A stretch of 37,887 nucleotides of DNA from a virus (IMGVR_UViG_2875703104_000002), one strand, 5' to 3'; shown: positions 28,794-37,887, counted from the first letter of the stretch. Notes: generated by a model from the sequence alone, not told the origin. Numbers and translations: made by a program.

Positions 28794-28913
28794 TTAACAG
28801 ACAGAAAGATACACCACGGCACTGATGGTTATCAGAACCACAAGGGCAATCACTTTTATCGCACTCATCAGCGTGGACGGCCCGAAACATTCATCACTGA
28901 ATTTTCTGTACAT
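28794..28913 (-). CDS. Small membrane peptide (39 aa), not in ORF track
   Basis: Hand-translated MYRKFSDECFGPSTLMSAIKVIALVVLITISAVVYLSVC, with a single hydrophobic helix. Confidence 0.4.
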   Translation of the reverse strand: MYRKFSDECFGPSTLMSAIKVIALVVLITISAVVYLSVC

Positions 28914-28922
28914 GGTGCCCCT

Positions 28923-29285
28923 TTACCCGAACAGACGAGCGCGAAAACGAAAGGAGAGCCAGAACGTCAGCAATCCGGCCATCGCCCAGATGACATGCTC
29001 AGGACCCGTTTTCAGTTGAGACGTTGCCATCACGGCTAATCCCAGCCCGGACAGACTCCCCAGCCAGGTCAGCGGCCAGACGAACCGGGCAAAATGTTCA
29101 GGCACCCGGCAGCTCATTATCAGCGCATCCAGACAATCACCGGCAACACATAAAGCAACACTGAAAACCGAGGCACAGCAAAACATCAGCGCGCGCCAGC
29201 CACAAAACAGACTTATCCACAATAACAGCGCCAGTAACACCACCGATAAAAAATCAGGCCACTGACGAGCAGAACGCTCAGACAT
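28923..29285 (-). CDS. Membrane protein (about 120 aa from internal ATG; Mu gp19-like)
   Basis: Multiple hydrophobic segments; internal ATG at 29283..29285 preceded by SD GGGAGA. Confidence 0.55.
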   Translation of the reverse strand: MSERSARQWPDFLSVVLLALLLWISLFCGWRALMFCCASVFSVALCVAGDCLDALIMSCRVPEHFARFVWPLTWLGSLSGLGLAVMATSQLKTGPEHVIWAMAGLLTFWLSFRFRARLFG

Positions 29286-29496
29286 AATGTTTCTCCCTGT
29301 AAAGCAGGCAATGATGAAGAATTTCCGGCATATCAACTGACTGCCAGCCTTTCATGTAATAACTGCCGTGGGTGCCATCATGACCGGTATAGTCGCGGGG
29401 CGCAGGCCGTGGCCCACCGGCGACACGGTGCAAAACCTCCTGACGCAGCCGCTCACGTCTGCCAAGATGAAAGGATGCATTCCAGCCTTTACCCAT
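29278..29496 (-). CDS. Hypothetical protein (72 aa)
   Basis: ORF directly downstream of the early terminator. Confidence 0.45.
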   Translation of the reverse strand: MGKGWNASFHLGRRERLRQEVLHRVAGGPRPAPRDYTGHDGTHGSYYMKGWQSVDMPEILHHCLLYREKHYV

Positions 29497-29540
29497 AATG
29501 ATTTCCCCCGGTACGGTTATTCATCACAGGATATTGAGGA

Positions 29541-29568
29541 CGTAAAAAAAGCCGGATTAACCGGCTTT
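29541..29568 (-). terminator. Rho-independent terminator immediately downstream of mor (AAAGCCGG-ttaat-CCGGCTTT followed by U-run); candidate early-operon terminator
   Basis: 8-bp stem, 5-nt loop and run of 7 T on the transcribed strand, 6 bp after the mor stop codon; about 9.3 kb from the inferred left end. Confidence 0.6.
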
Positions 29569-29573
29569 ACTGT

Positions 29574-29963
29574 TTACAGAAGTGAGGGCTGGTACTGGCG
29601 GTATTTCAGCCGTCGCATCCGGCGAATGGCCTTGTAAACCGTATTGAAAGTGACACCATAACGGGTGGTCAGTTCGCTGACGTTGCGACCGTTAAAATCA
29701 TTCCAGATACGCAAATCCCGAATCAGCGAGTCCAGAACCTGACCGCGTGGAATGTAGACCTGACCGCCGCCCAGATGCTTACAGATAGCCACAACAATCT
29801 CCAGTGAATGGGCAGGATCAACACCCAGCCGGGACAATTCCCCGCGTAGTAAATCGTTCAGCTCCGCCAGCAGTGCCGGAAAGCGTGACGTATCCTCTGC
29901 GGGATTGTCAAGATGTGCCAGGATGGTGTCATCCTGCAAATCACCAAATAAATCTTCCGTCAT
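29574..29963 (-). CDS. mor: Middle operon regulator Mor
   Basis: 129-aa ORF paralogous to C; last gene before the strong terminator. Confidence 0.85.
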   Translation of the reverse strand: MTEDLFGDLQDDTILAHLDNPAEDTSRFPALLAELNDLLRGELSRLGVDPAHSLEIVVAICKHLGGGQVYIPRGQVLDSLIRDLRIWNDFNGRNVSELTTRYGVTFNTVYKAIRRMRRLKYRQYQPSLL

Positions 29964-30511
29964 TGTGCCATCCTCCGTGTCTTTCTGGCATGGGCATAAG
30001 CCGCCATCATGGCATCATAGCCGCGCAGTTCACGACCGGACGGACTGACCGGCAATGGAAGCCCGTGACGGGAAAAGGCTTCACGAATACAGCGGATGTG
30101 CCACTGTTTGAGTGTTTCGAGGACTGTCAGCAGCGTGTCGCCATGACACCACGCCAGTGTGGAAACACCCTGTCCACCGTTGCGTTTCGCCGTCAGGCGT
30201 TGAACGTATCTGTCCAGCGCCACATCACTGCCGTCGGTAATAAACCCGTCTTCTGCCATCTGCTGCCAGACTTTGTACACCTTCTCGCGGGGCGTGACAT
30301 GTTCCTTAAAGCGTCGGCGTGGGTGTTTATTCTGCTTCTTAAAGCCGCGTTCTTTCATGGCATCGAGCACCTGTTCCAGTTGCGTGACCGTCAGCTCGCG
30401 GCAACTGATTTTGCCCGTTTTCTGCATCAGAAAAGCGCGGTAAGTGTCGTCGTCGAGTTGTAGCTCCCGACGGGCGACATGGATTAATTTAATCAGGGAT
30501 GTGCGACTCAT
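29960..30511 (-). CDS. gemA: GemA-like protein
   Basis: 183-aa basic ORF directly upstream of mor with 4-bp overlap. Confidence 0.7.
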   Translation of the reverse strand: MSRTSLIKLIHVARRELQLDDDTYRAFLMQKTGKISCRELTVTQLEQVLDAMKERGFKKQNKHPRRRFKEHVTPREKVYKVWQQMAEDGFITDGSDVALDRYVQRLTAKRNGGQGVSTLAWCHGDTLLTVLETLKQWHIRCIREAFSRHGLPLPVSPSGRELRGYDAMMAAYAHARKTRRMAQ

Positions 30512-30530
30512 GATCGTACCTCCGGAAAGA

Positions 30531-30550
30531 GGCGGTGCTGCAACACCGCC
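30531..30550 (-). other. Hairpin (GGCGGTG-ctgcaa-CACCGCC) in the 100-bp gap upstream of gemA
   Basis: 7-bp perfect inverted repeat; no clear U-run, so possibly an RNA processing/stability element rather than a terminator. Confidence 0.3.
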
Positions 30551-30613
30551 TGAATTTACACATCAATCAGAGTGGATTTTATGGAAAATAATGTTTTAGT
30601 TTCATTATTCATA

Positions 30614-30796
30614 TTATTCACCTTCACAATTCATGCACGCCGTGTCATCGCCCATATCGCAGTGGTTGCATTTCTGCCCACCACAATGAGGGCACTCTTT
30701 CAGATATTCAGGGTTTTCATTACCGCAGGTCGGACATTCCTGCTTCACAGTGGTAAATGTCCCCAGCCACGAATACGATGTTTCATTGTTTTCCAT
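30614..30796 (-). CDS. Small zinc-finger protein (60 aa)
   Basis: Eight Cys in CPTCG...CPHCG...CNHC...CMNC arrangement. Confidence 0.55.
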   Translation of the reverse strand: MENNETSYSWLGTFTTVKQECPTCGNENPEYLKECPHCGGQKCNHCDMGDDTACMNCEGE

Positions 30797-31313
30797 TGTT
30801 TACCTCCGCCTGTTTTTGCGCCCGGATAAATTCGTCAGAAAGGATTTCAGTCATGCGGCCTTGTGCGGGCGTCATCCCCGTCATGACGTAAATCACATCA
30901 CCAACACGGAACCACTGGAGAGGTCCGAATATTGTTGCGCTGAAATCCAGTCCCAGTGCGGGTAAGAGAGCATCTGTGCGGGCATAAGTGACCGGAATAT
31001 TCTCCTGCCATATTTTCGCCAGCTCTTTTGCCTGCTCCCTGAGATGAACAGGTATCCGCGAAGTTCTGGGCCTGCAACTATTACCTGATGCGGGCCGTTG
31101 TACGGTCCACAGCTCCCGCGAGAAAGGGCGCTCATTCCCCGGAAAGTTCACACCATGAAAATAACGCCCACCAATACCTGTGCTGAATACTGACCGGCAA
31201 CCACAACCCAGAACCTTATCAAGATGGCGGGCTTCTTCGCGTAGTTTCAGACAGTCCGCCATAAACTGGTCCCACGCCAGCAGTGCTGCGGGATTTGACG
31301 TTTTAAAAAACAT
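30783..31313 (-). CDS. Hypothetical early protein (176 aa from ATG at 31311..31313; ORF-track start is an upstream TTG)
   Basis: ATG overlaps the upstream stop (TGATG) and is preceded by SD GGAGG. Confidence 0.55.
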   Translation of the reverse strand: MFFKTSNPAALLAWDQFMADCLKLREEARHLDKVLGCGCRSVFSTGIGGRYFHGVNFPGNERPFSRELWTVQRPASGNSCRPRTSRIPVHLREQAKELAKIWQENIPVTYARTDALLPALGLDFSATIFGPLQWFRVGDVIYVMTGMTPAQGRMTEILSDEFIRAQKQAEVNNGKQ

Positions 31314-31843
31314 CACGCCACCTCCTGCACCGCTGCGGGAGCCGGAGAACAATCAAGAATGAGATAACGCAGTACATGGTCGGTGATATTCCAGGCGCTT
31401 GAACTGCAAATAAAACGCCCCAGCCGGATATCGATATAAGCCATCACAAAACGGGGCATTCCCTGTTCGCACATTCTGTTATCCACCTCAGCAACAATGT
31501 GGACTGACTCACAGGTCAGCACGCCCGTCGCAAACTCTTTTGCCAGCGCGGGGATGGTATTACCTTCCACCCAGGGTAATGAGCGACGCCAGTTGCACCA
31601 CACCGCATCATCAACAGCAGGCTGCTCAGTTGCGTTTCGTCTTACAGGCGGCGTCGGACGCGGGCGCGGAACGTCATAAAATCCGTTGCATTCGGTGAGC
31701 ACTCCGGCATCAACCGCATCACGCAGGAAATACACCATTGACGAGGGCAGCATATTCATTTTTTCAGCCAGAACTCCGCAGGTCAGGCGTCCGTAAGTCC
31801 GTAATAATGTGCTGACACCATTCAGAATTTTTGCATCAACCAT
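31313..31843 (-). CDS. Hypothetical early protein (176 aa)
   Basis: ORF downstream of gam in the semi-essential early region. Confidence 0.55.
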   Translation of the reverse strand: MVDAKILNGVSTLLRTYGRLTCGVLAEKMNMLPSSMVYFLRDAVDAGVLTECNGFYDVPRPRPTPPVRRNATEQPAVDDAVWCNWRRSLPWVEGNTIPALAKEFATGVLTCESVHIVAEVDNRMCEQGMPRFVMAYIDIRLGRFICSSSAWNITDHVLRYLILDCSPAPAAVQEVA

Positions 31844-31941
31844 GTTTTATTCCTCAGTAATCTGTTTCAGGCGCGAGCAATCCCCTGACGTATCGCGCCA
31901 TAATTAAAAGAATGTGAATTAATTAAATATTAATGGTGGTA

Positions 31942-32466
31942 TTAAATACCGGCTTCCTGTTCAAATGGAATAATAGAAAAATCCTCAATGCCTGATTTAA
32001 CTGTAATTCCGGCAACGCCTGCGACCGCTTTCGGTTCCAGTAAAATCGCTTCCTTGTTGATTTCCTGCTTCGTGCGAATAAAGCGTTGCAGGCCAAGACG
32101 CTCCAGCGTTTCCATCACTGCATCCATACCACGAATACTTACTGATGGCGGACGGACCCGCCACGATACATCACCGGTGACAAGATTCGCCGTCTTCACT
32201 TTGCCGCCGTTCGTCAGTTCGTCGCGGTTCGCTTCACACCATCCCTGAACGCCTTTTGAAAGGGTTTCAATATCGGTTTTAATCGGTGCAATCCGGGCTG
32301 CAAATTTTTCCGTAATTTCCGCGATGGCATCATTCATTTCCGTTTCCAGACGTGATGCTTCGCGCTGTAAATCCCCGATGCGTTTAATATCGGTAATCAC
32401 CGCATCGCGGTTTTGTGGCACATAAGCCGCTGCGGCACTTTTGATACGTTTTGCTGGTTTAGCCAT
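31942..32466 (-). CDS. gam: Gam, DNA-end-binding (Ku-like) protein that protects ends from RecBCD
   Basis: 174-aa ORF beginning MAKPAKRIKSAAAAYVPQNRDAVITDIKRIGDLQRE, recognised as Mu Gam. Confidence 0.85.
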   Translation of the reverse strand: MAKPAKRIKSAAAAYVPQNRDAVITDIKRIGDLQREASRLETEMNDAIAEITEKFAARIAPIKTDIETLSKGVQGWCEANRDELTNGGKVKTANLVTGDVSWRVRPPSVSIRGMDAVMETLERLGLQRFIRTKQEINKEAILLEPKAVAGVAGITVKSGIEDFSIIPFEQEAGI

Positions 32467-32485
32467 AAATTAAAGCTCCTGTTAA

Positions 32486-32785
32486 TTAATATCCGCTGTA
32501 TACAATGCTGGATACAGCTCGATTGCTTAATTCCATCTTTCGGGCAATGACATGAATATCCAGTCCTTCTTTATAAAGTTCACGACATAAATATTTGTCG
32601 TGTTCACTGATTCGGTATACACACAATGATATTCCGTGCCTTCTGGCATGTGCCCGGAGGGCGGTTGTGGCGACTTTCAGTTTTTCCGCCATTTCTTCAA
32701 TGGTCATTTTCCCGACGTTGGCTTCGATAAATTCCCGGTCTTCGCGTGACCAGCGCTTACGATTACACTTCATGTCAGTCACCAT
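32486..32785 (-). CDS. Hypothetical early protein (99 aa), possible DNA-binding
   Basis: ORF in the semi-essential region; C-terminal helix-rich region. Confidence 0.5.
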   Translation of the reverse strand: MVTDMKCNRKRWSREDREFIEANVGKMTIEEMAEKLKVATTALRAHARRHGISLCVYRISEHDKYLCRELYKEGLDIHVIARKMELSNRAVSSIVYSGY

Positions 32786-33205
32786 TCAGTACAGCAGAGG
32801 CTCGCGCAGTGATGCCGGAATATGCCGCAGCGATAACTGAACCGCTTTCAGGGCAAGCGAGGAATAACAGCAGCGCGCCCAGCCTTTTGCCATTAACCGG
32901 TAATCGCGCCAGATACGCTGCCACATTTCACGGGCTTCAGGGTCTGATGCGCAGATGTATTCCCGGTCCATGACGTACTCCCATAAATCCACGTTGAACG
33001 CACCGCCAAATGCAATGGCGCGGGATATGCTTTCGCCGCAATAACGCGCACAGATGCTGTAATGGTCGAAAGCAATCAGGTAAGTCTTTTCACCACAATC
33101 ATCAACTTTTCGGGCGCAAATAAACTCGCGTAATTCACCACCGTTGTTATTGCGTTCCTGAATTCGGATTAATGCCTGAATTTCATTTCGGATTTTGACG
33201 TTCAT
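32786..33205 (-). CDS. Hypothetical Cys-rich early protein (139 aa)
   Basis: ORF with multiple Cys and aromatic residues. Confidence 0.5.
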   Translation of the reverse strand: MNVKIRNEIQALIRIQERNNNGGELREFICARKVDDCGEKTYLIAFDHYSICARYCGESISRAIAFGGAFNVDLWEYVMDREYICASDPEAREMWQRIWRDYRLMAKGWARCCYSSLALKAVQLSLRHIPASLREPLLY

Positions 33206-33225
33206 TGTCAGCGTTCCTTTGCGAA

Positions 33226-33495
33226 TTAATGTTTAACCGCATTCACCGGATGTGGTACTAAATCACATTCAGCCTCCATACCCACTTTCTTCATAGTGGT
33301 CAGCATCTCATCTTTGGCCTTTTTAATAATTTCAGGAGCCATAGTCAGGACGATATTTGCCAGTAAATCATGAGGCCCGGTATTTTCCGTTGGCGAGATA
33401 TCTGCAAGACATGCTTTTGCATCCAGAACTTCTCTGCGCCCATTGCAACCTTCACTACTTTCCAGCCATGTAAACTCAAAGATAACTTTTGCCAT
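33226..33495 (-). CDS. Hypothetical early protein (89 aa)
   Basis: ORF in the semi-essential region. Confidence 0.5.
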   Translation of the reverse strand: MAKVIFEFTWLESSEGCNGRREVLDAKACLADISPTENTGPHDLLANIVLTMAPEIIKKAKDEMLTTMKKVGMEAECDLVPHPVNAVKH

Positions 33496-33506
33496 TTTGC
33501 GTCTCC

Positions 33507-33761
33507 TTATTGATTCTGAATAACTGCGCTGGCTTTTACCTTCGCGCCTTTTACCTGCTTAAAGAAAACCGCGCTGCACCACGGACAACATGCAAAGGAG
33601 TCCCATACTTCATTTTCTGGTGAGCATTGCGTCATAATTTGCTCTTTGCATTTGGGGCAATTAAATGCAGTCAGAGCCACATTGTTATTCTGTACCCGTT
33701 TAACCCATTCAATATATTTTTCAGCTTTAGTACACATCGTTATCTCCAGATAATCTGGCAA
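33507..33761 (-). CDS. Zinc-ribbon early protein (84 aa)
   Basis: CPKCKEQ...CCPWCSAVF motif. Confidence 0.5.
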
Positions 33762-33967
33762 CCATTAAGACGGGCCGTCCATACAGAACGGGCCACCCCG
33801 GACTTATGCTCCATAATTCTGACCGCGTTTTTTACCAGTTCCACCGGTGGGTAAGTGATTTCAAGAATCGGACGCGCCACGCCGAGATATGATTCATTTA
33901 CATGACTCCCGCGCGCCTGTAACCAGTTCTGCGCATCCGTTGCCATTTTTATGTTTCGGGCTATCAT
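33740..33967 (-). CDS. kil: Kil-like protein (host killing/cell division inhibitor)
   Basis: 75-aa ORF immediately downstream of B, the position of Mu kil. Confidence 0.5.
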
Positions 33968-33982
33968 AATTTCTTCTCCTTC

Positions 33983-34921
33983 TTAATTACGCAGCAGCGT
34001 TGAAATATCAACGTCCAGGTCTAATTCACGGAAAGCCTGACGCAGATAATCTTCGTTAACACGCTCACCTTTACCGTGAGCCGTCATGGCGGCAAGGCGA
34101 AGTGAATGATTCAGAATGCGAAGCGCACCTGGTTTCTGCGCAATCTGCTGTAATAACTCCAGTTCATTTTCGCCGTTAATCTGCCAGGCATCCGCAATAG
34201 CTTTTACATCGGCTTTTTTGGTTTTATTAATTGCAGTGCGCTTTGCAATACGGGAAAACAGACGGGCAAATTCAACCGTTCTGTTACCCCCCGTCATATT
34301 TGAATAAACCCGGTGATTTCCCATCAGCACAAGGCCAGTGCGGGTTGATTCCTGTAACAGGCGGAGTTCTTCCAGAACTTCGGCACCAAGATGATCAGCT
34401 TCGTCGATGATAACCAGCCCCTGTGTACCTTCAAGGCGACGTCGCAGGGCGCGGGAGAGCGGCCCTTTACGGCGTGGTGCGTCATTCATTCCCAGCTCAA
34501 ACGCCAGTTCAGTAAGACATTCCAGAACGCTGGCACAGGATGGCGTAATGGTGATCATCCAGACATTGTTATTGGTGCGGCGATATTCACGGGCCGCTTC
34601 GGTTTTGCCCACACCAGGATTGCCACATACAACAGCAATACTTTCAGTCAGGCTGGCAAAACGCATACTTGTCCAGATTTGTTTTACCGTCTGCGTTTCC
34701 ACAAAGCGGGGCGGTTCAGGTAGTTCTGCAACTGCATGATATTTTTCCAGCCAGCGTTGCAGAATTTGTGAAACACGCTCGTTATCCCCGTTGTACTTAT
34801 CATTGATAAAACTACTGATAGTTCCGGTAGAAAGTCCGCTCTCAAGAGCAATTTGTTTAAAGGTGGTTTCTTCATTTTCTACAAGCGTGCGCAGTCCTGC
34901 GCGAATATCGGAAATATTCAT
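33983..34921 (-). CDS. B: Transposition target-DNA activator MuB (AAA+ ATPase)
   Basis: 312-aa ORF with Walker A GNPGVGKT and N-terminal HTH; directly downstream of the transposase. Confidence 0.9.
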   Translation of the reverse strand: MNISDIRAGLRTLVENEETTFKQIALESGLSTGTISSFINDKYNGDNERVSQILQRWLEKYHAVAELPEPPRFVETQTVKQIWTSMRFASLTESIAVVCGNPGVGKTEAAREYRRTNNNVWMITITPSCASVLECLTELAFELGMNDAPRRKGPLSRALRRRLEGTQGLVIIDEADHLGAEVLEELRLLQESTRTGLVLMGNHRVYSNMTGGNRTVEFARLFSRIAKRTAINKTKKADVKAIADAWQINGENELELLQQIAQKPGALRILNHSLRLAAMTAHGKGERVNEDYLRQAFRELDLDVDISTLLRN

Positions 34922-34959
34922 CTGAATAACCTCGTAATTAAATTTTGTTTAAACGTTAA

Positions 34960-36948
34960 TTAAATGGCTTTTTTACGTCTGTTCTGTTCCAGAATATCCA
35001 GCGAATGATTCAGATATTCATCACGCTCAGTTTCGTATTCATCATCACGCTCCTGATTCTTCACCCGTTCCATATTACCGGAAGGCCGGAAAATGCCGAC
35101 AATTCGTGATTCTGGTGCTTCAGGTTCGGCTATCTGCGGCAGCAGCTCTGCCACTTCCAGTGCATCCATTTGTTTCTGTGCCTTAATCGCTGCTTTCGTC
35201 GCAGATTTCAGTTGTTTCTGGCGGCGACGATATTCACGGCCTGCCGCAGCATCATTAAACGCAACAGGTGCCAGACATTCCGCTTCACAGATAAACCGAC
35301 CGTCCAGGGTGTAGCAATAAACCGTGCTGTGTAACTGCTGTGGATCAAATCTGACCACAACTTTTTTCACTCCGGCATTCATTAACGCCATGTTGTAATA
35401 AACGTTTTTCGCACCTTTAAGGGAGCCGCCAACTTTAAGCGCGAACTCGCCTTTACGTGAAACGTTCACCGCCTCGGCAGGCAGTAACAGCATCCGTTTT
35501 TGCTCTTCGGTAGGCTTACGCACAATCGTTCTGGCGTATTCACGCTCAAAAACGTCATCAAACGAAAGTTTGCCTCCGCACATTTCTGTTTCACGGCCTG
35601 TTCTGGCATTGAACATCGCCACACCTTCGGCAAGGGTTTTCAGAAACAGCTCTGCATCAACAGCGCGGTCGCCATAGTTATCAGGTTTTGCCTGCGGATT
35701 AGGCCCCGTATATGCGCCAGCCAGTGCCGGATGCTTATCAACGTATTCCTCAAGCCCACCAACACCGAAAGCACGTTCAACAGGTTTTGCCTGGCCCCAG
35801 CCTTTACCAGCAACAACGCTTGTCCAGTGCATTTTCGCCCCCATCAGTAAAAACAGTCCCTTTGGGTCGTCCTCTTTTACCTTAAAGCGGTAGCGATTGG
35901 GCGCGCCTCCCGTCAGCCATTTATTCGCAGCACCACGGGTGTTATCAATGGTGATGTGAAAATCCTCCGGGATACCGTAGCGAGTCACAACATCCATGAA
36001 CGAGAGGCGAATTGAATCAATGTTCTCGCTCACATCGCAGCGCCAGCCCAGAATTTTTCGGGTTTTCACATCCTGCCAGAACCATGTTTTCGGGCGGATC
36101 ACATCACCGTTAAACCAGCGTACAAAGACGTTATGCAGATAACCGTCGCCGTTGATCCACTGCATGGCGTCCAGGTGTTCCACAGTTCGCTGCTGTGCCG
36201 GTATCAGATGCATCAGTGCATGTTCACCTTCACGGCAGGCAACAACCATTGCCTCGTCCAGTTGCTGAATCCGGCGAAAGGCCGTGGCACGGGAGGGAAT
36301 ACTCCAGCCATGCTCGCGGGCTGCCAGTTCCAGACGCTCATAACATTTGCGGAAGGCGGGTTTTTCCGGTCGCAGATAATCTGCAATCAGAAACTGCCAG
36401 GCATCCTCGTCAAATTCACTTTTGTGAACATTGCGACGGGATGCTCCACGTCCATCAACAAGTGCAGCCGCCCAGTCAGGCTTCGCAAGCTTCTGTACCT
36501 GGTAATACTTGTCCCGCAAAGTGGATGCGCTGACCTGGTAATGCCCTGCAACGGTCGCAAAAGCCGTTTTCGTTGAAATCCCCTGGTTCAGCATTTCGTC
36601 TGCAGCCTGAACAGCAGGCAACCATTTTTCAGCAAGTCTGCGCTGGGAATCGCTGGCGTTATCCCATTTGCTCCACAGTGCCTCACGATCATAATCATGG
36701 GCTTCCAGCGTGGGGCGGGCGATTTCAAAATACCCCTGACTTGTTTCAATTCTCCCTTGTTGCAACAGAATTTCAGCACGTAATGCGACAGGGAATGATT
36801 TGATATTGAATTCAAATGATACACCTTTAGTCCCTGCAACCTGCCTGAACTCCCAGCCTTCTCTTTGTGCCTTACGTGTAATGTTAGTGGCTTGCTTTGG
36901 TAAACCTGCCAAACCGAGCAACTCTTTTGCTGTATACCATTCTTTCAT
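34960..36948 (-). CDS. A: DDE transposase MuA
   Basis: 662-aa ORF; N-terminal winged-helix domain ([30 protein letters not shown]) is paralogous to the N-terminus of the adjacent repressor ([30 protein letters not shown]); acidic C-terminal tail. Confidence 0.95.
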   Translation of the reverse strand: MKEWYTAKELLGLAGLPKQATNITRKAQREGWEFRQVAGTKGVSFEFNIKSFPVALRAEILLQQGRIETSQGYFEIARPTLEAHDYDREALWSKWDNASDSQRRLAEKWLPAVQAADEMLNQGISTKTAFATVAGHYQVSASTLRDKYYQVQKLAKPDWAAALVDGRGASRRNVHKSEFDEDAWQFLIADYLRPEKPAFRKCYERLELAAREHGWSIPSRATAFRRIQQLDEAMVVACREGEHALMHLIPAQQRTVEHLDAMQWINGDGYLHNVFVRWFNGDVIRPKTWFWQDVKTRKILGWRCDVSENIDSIRLSFMDVVTRYGIPEDFHITIDNTRGAANKWLTGGAPNRYRFKVKEDDPKGLFLLMGAKMHWTSVVAGKGWGQAKPVERAFGVGGLEEYVDKHPALAGAYTGPNPQAKPDNYGDRAVDAELFLKTLAEGVAMFNARTGRETEMCGGKLSFDDVFEREYARTIVRKPTEEQKRMLLLPAEAVNVSRKGEFALKVGGSLKGAKNVYYNMALMNAGVKKVVVRFDPQQLHSTVYCYTLDGRFICEAECLAPVAFNDAAAGREYRRRQKQLKSATKAAIKAQKQMDALEVAELLPQIAEPEAPESRIVGIFRPSGNMERVKNQERDDEYETERDEYLNHSLDILEQNRRKKAI

Positions 36949-36955
36949 AGCGCAC

Positions 36956-37177
36956 CTAGTATCGAGACGGCCAAATATCTTGCGGTGTCATTCCCAGTGC
37001 ATCTGCAATGATTTTCTCCGCTTTCGGATATCTCTTATCCAAAGCATTTTTTAATGTTGAAGACGAAAGATGATTAGATCTTCCCAATTCAGCTAGTGAC
37101 ATATTGCGTTTTCGTAGCTCTGCAACGATGTCAGCTCTGTGCCAATCTTGGCGGTTAGTTCTTTTATTCATATGCAT
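36956..37177 (-). CDS. ner: Ner, early negative regulator (D108 type)
   Basis: 73-aa ORF with [13 protein letters not shown]...WPSRY motifs, first gene of the early operon, preceded by an 11-8-11 palindromic operator. Confidence 0.85.
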   Translation of the reverse strand: MHMNKRTNRQDWHRADIVAELRKRNMSLAELGRSNHLSSSTLKNALDKRYPKAEKIIADALGMTPQDIWPSRY

Positions 37178-37362
37178 TTCATGTAATCCTTTCAGATTCC
37201 CCCGTGAGCTACGCTATAAAGTAGCTCACGGCATATCGTGCAATGTAGTGTGGAATCATTTTTAAATCAATAGTGATTTGAAAGGATTTATCATGATTTC
37301 ATATAACAGCATGATTTTTATATGAATTTATTTTGTCTCTATTGAAATCACTAGGATTTTAA
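37178..37362. promoter_or_regulatory. Immunity/operator region between ner and c (divergent Pe and Pc promoters, repressor and Ner operators)
   Basis: 185-bp AT-rich divergent intergenic region with repeated TTGAAA/TTTCA-type motifs and a perfect palindrome. Confidence 0.6.
37202..37231. promoter_or_regulatory. Ner operator: 11-bp inverted repeats CCGTGAGCTAC / GTAGCTCACGG separated by 8-bp AT-rich spacer
   Basis: Perfect palindrome 25-54 bp upstream of the ner start; matches the architecture recalled for the D108 Ner site. Confidence 0.6.
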
Positions 37363-37887
37363 ATGATGTCTTTTGAAATCAAAGAATGGTTTAATGCGAA
37401 AGAGCTGGAAGGGATGCCTGGTGTACCAAAGTTGGCGACTAACATTACCAGGAAAGCTGTGGCGGAAGATTGGGTAAAACGTCAGCGTCACGGTGGGAAA
37501 GGTGTCGCTTATGAGTATCACATCAACAGTCTGCCAGAAGAAACACGCAGGGCCATTAAAGGAGCCTCACTTTCTGATAAACCAGTGCATACATCAATCG
37601 TCCATACAGTTGATGAGAGGCTAATTTATGCAATGAGTTTCTTAACACCAGATGAGCAGGCCGCAGCAGTGGAGATCATTCGTGTAGCAGGGATTAAAGG
37701 ACTTATGCCTACAATTGTCAGTAAAGATAAGGCATTAGAGGCATTAGGGATTACTGTGGAGCAACAGAAAACCCTGCAAACTCTTCAGGCATTACCACCG
37801 GAAAAAGTGAGAGAGATTTTGTCTCAGTATGAAGGCAAAGAACATAATTTCCCTGTAAGAGAAAACGATGTAAAGAAAGCTGTATAA
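37363..37887 (+). CDS. c: Lysogeny repressor c (D108-like)
   Basis: 174-aa ORF divergent from ner; N-terminal DNA-binding domain paralogous to the MuA N-terminus; C-terminus ...VKKAV. Confidence 0.8.
   Translation: MMSFEIKEWFNAKELEGMPGVPKLATNITRKAVAEDWVKRQRHGGKGVAYEYHINSLPEETRRAIKGASLSDKPVHTSIVHTVDERLIYAMSFLTPDEQAAAVEIIRVAGIKGLMPTIVSKDKALEALGITVEQQKTLQTLQALPPEKVREILSQYEGKEHNFPVRENDVKKAV

Larger units (their letters stand above)
1857..37887. mobile_element. Mu/D108-like transposable prophage, right end at 1857, left end beyond window; late and early operons on minus strand
   Basis: Mu R-end sequence at 1857..1906; collinear Mu gene order mom-com-U-S-baseplate-tape measure-sheath-capsid-portal-terminase-lys-C-mor-gam-B-A-ner-c. 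Confidence 0.9.

Overview
Almost the whole window is a Mu/D108-like transposable prophage (1857 to the window end), entered right-end first, with its late and early operons on the minus strand and the c repressor on the plus strand at the far edge; the phage left end lies beyond the window. Host DNA occupies 1..1856: a yidF-like radical-SAM/SPASM fragment gene and the MFS efflux gene emrD, with the prophage end about 160 bp upstream of the emrD start codon. Gene order follows canonical Mu: R-end, mom/com, tail fibre, baseplate, tape measure, tail, head, terminase, lysis cassette, C, mor, the semi-essential early region with gam, then B, A, ner and c. Most CDS calls rest on position and size in this conserved order plus motifs read by eye; no database search was possible. 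Five departures from canonical Mu stand out. (1) A reverse-strand, AT-rich 162-aa gene with its own RBS and terminator is wedged between the small and large terminase genes (25305..25793); this is the best candidate for an undescribed accessory function. (2) A perfect 80-bp tandem duplication (4320..4479) frameshifts the tail fibre gene. (3) gin and the alternative fibre cassette are absent, leaving only a U'-like 3' remnant beside the mom GATC region. (4) The tape measure gene carries three 186-bp in-frame tandem repeats. (5) The immunity region is D108-type, with an 11-8-11 palindrome upstream of ner.
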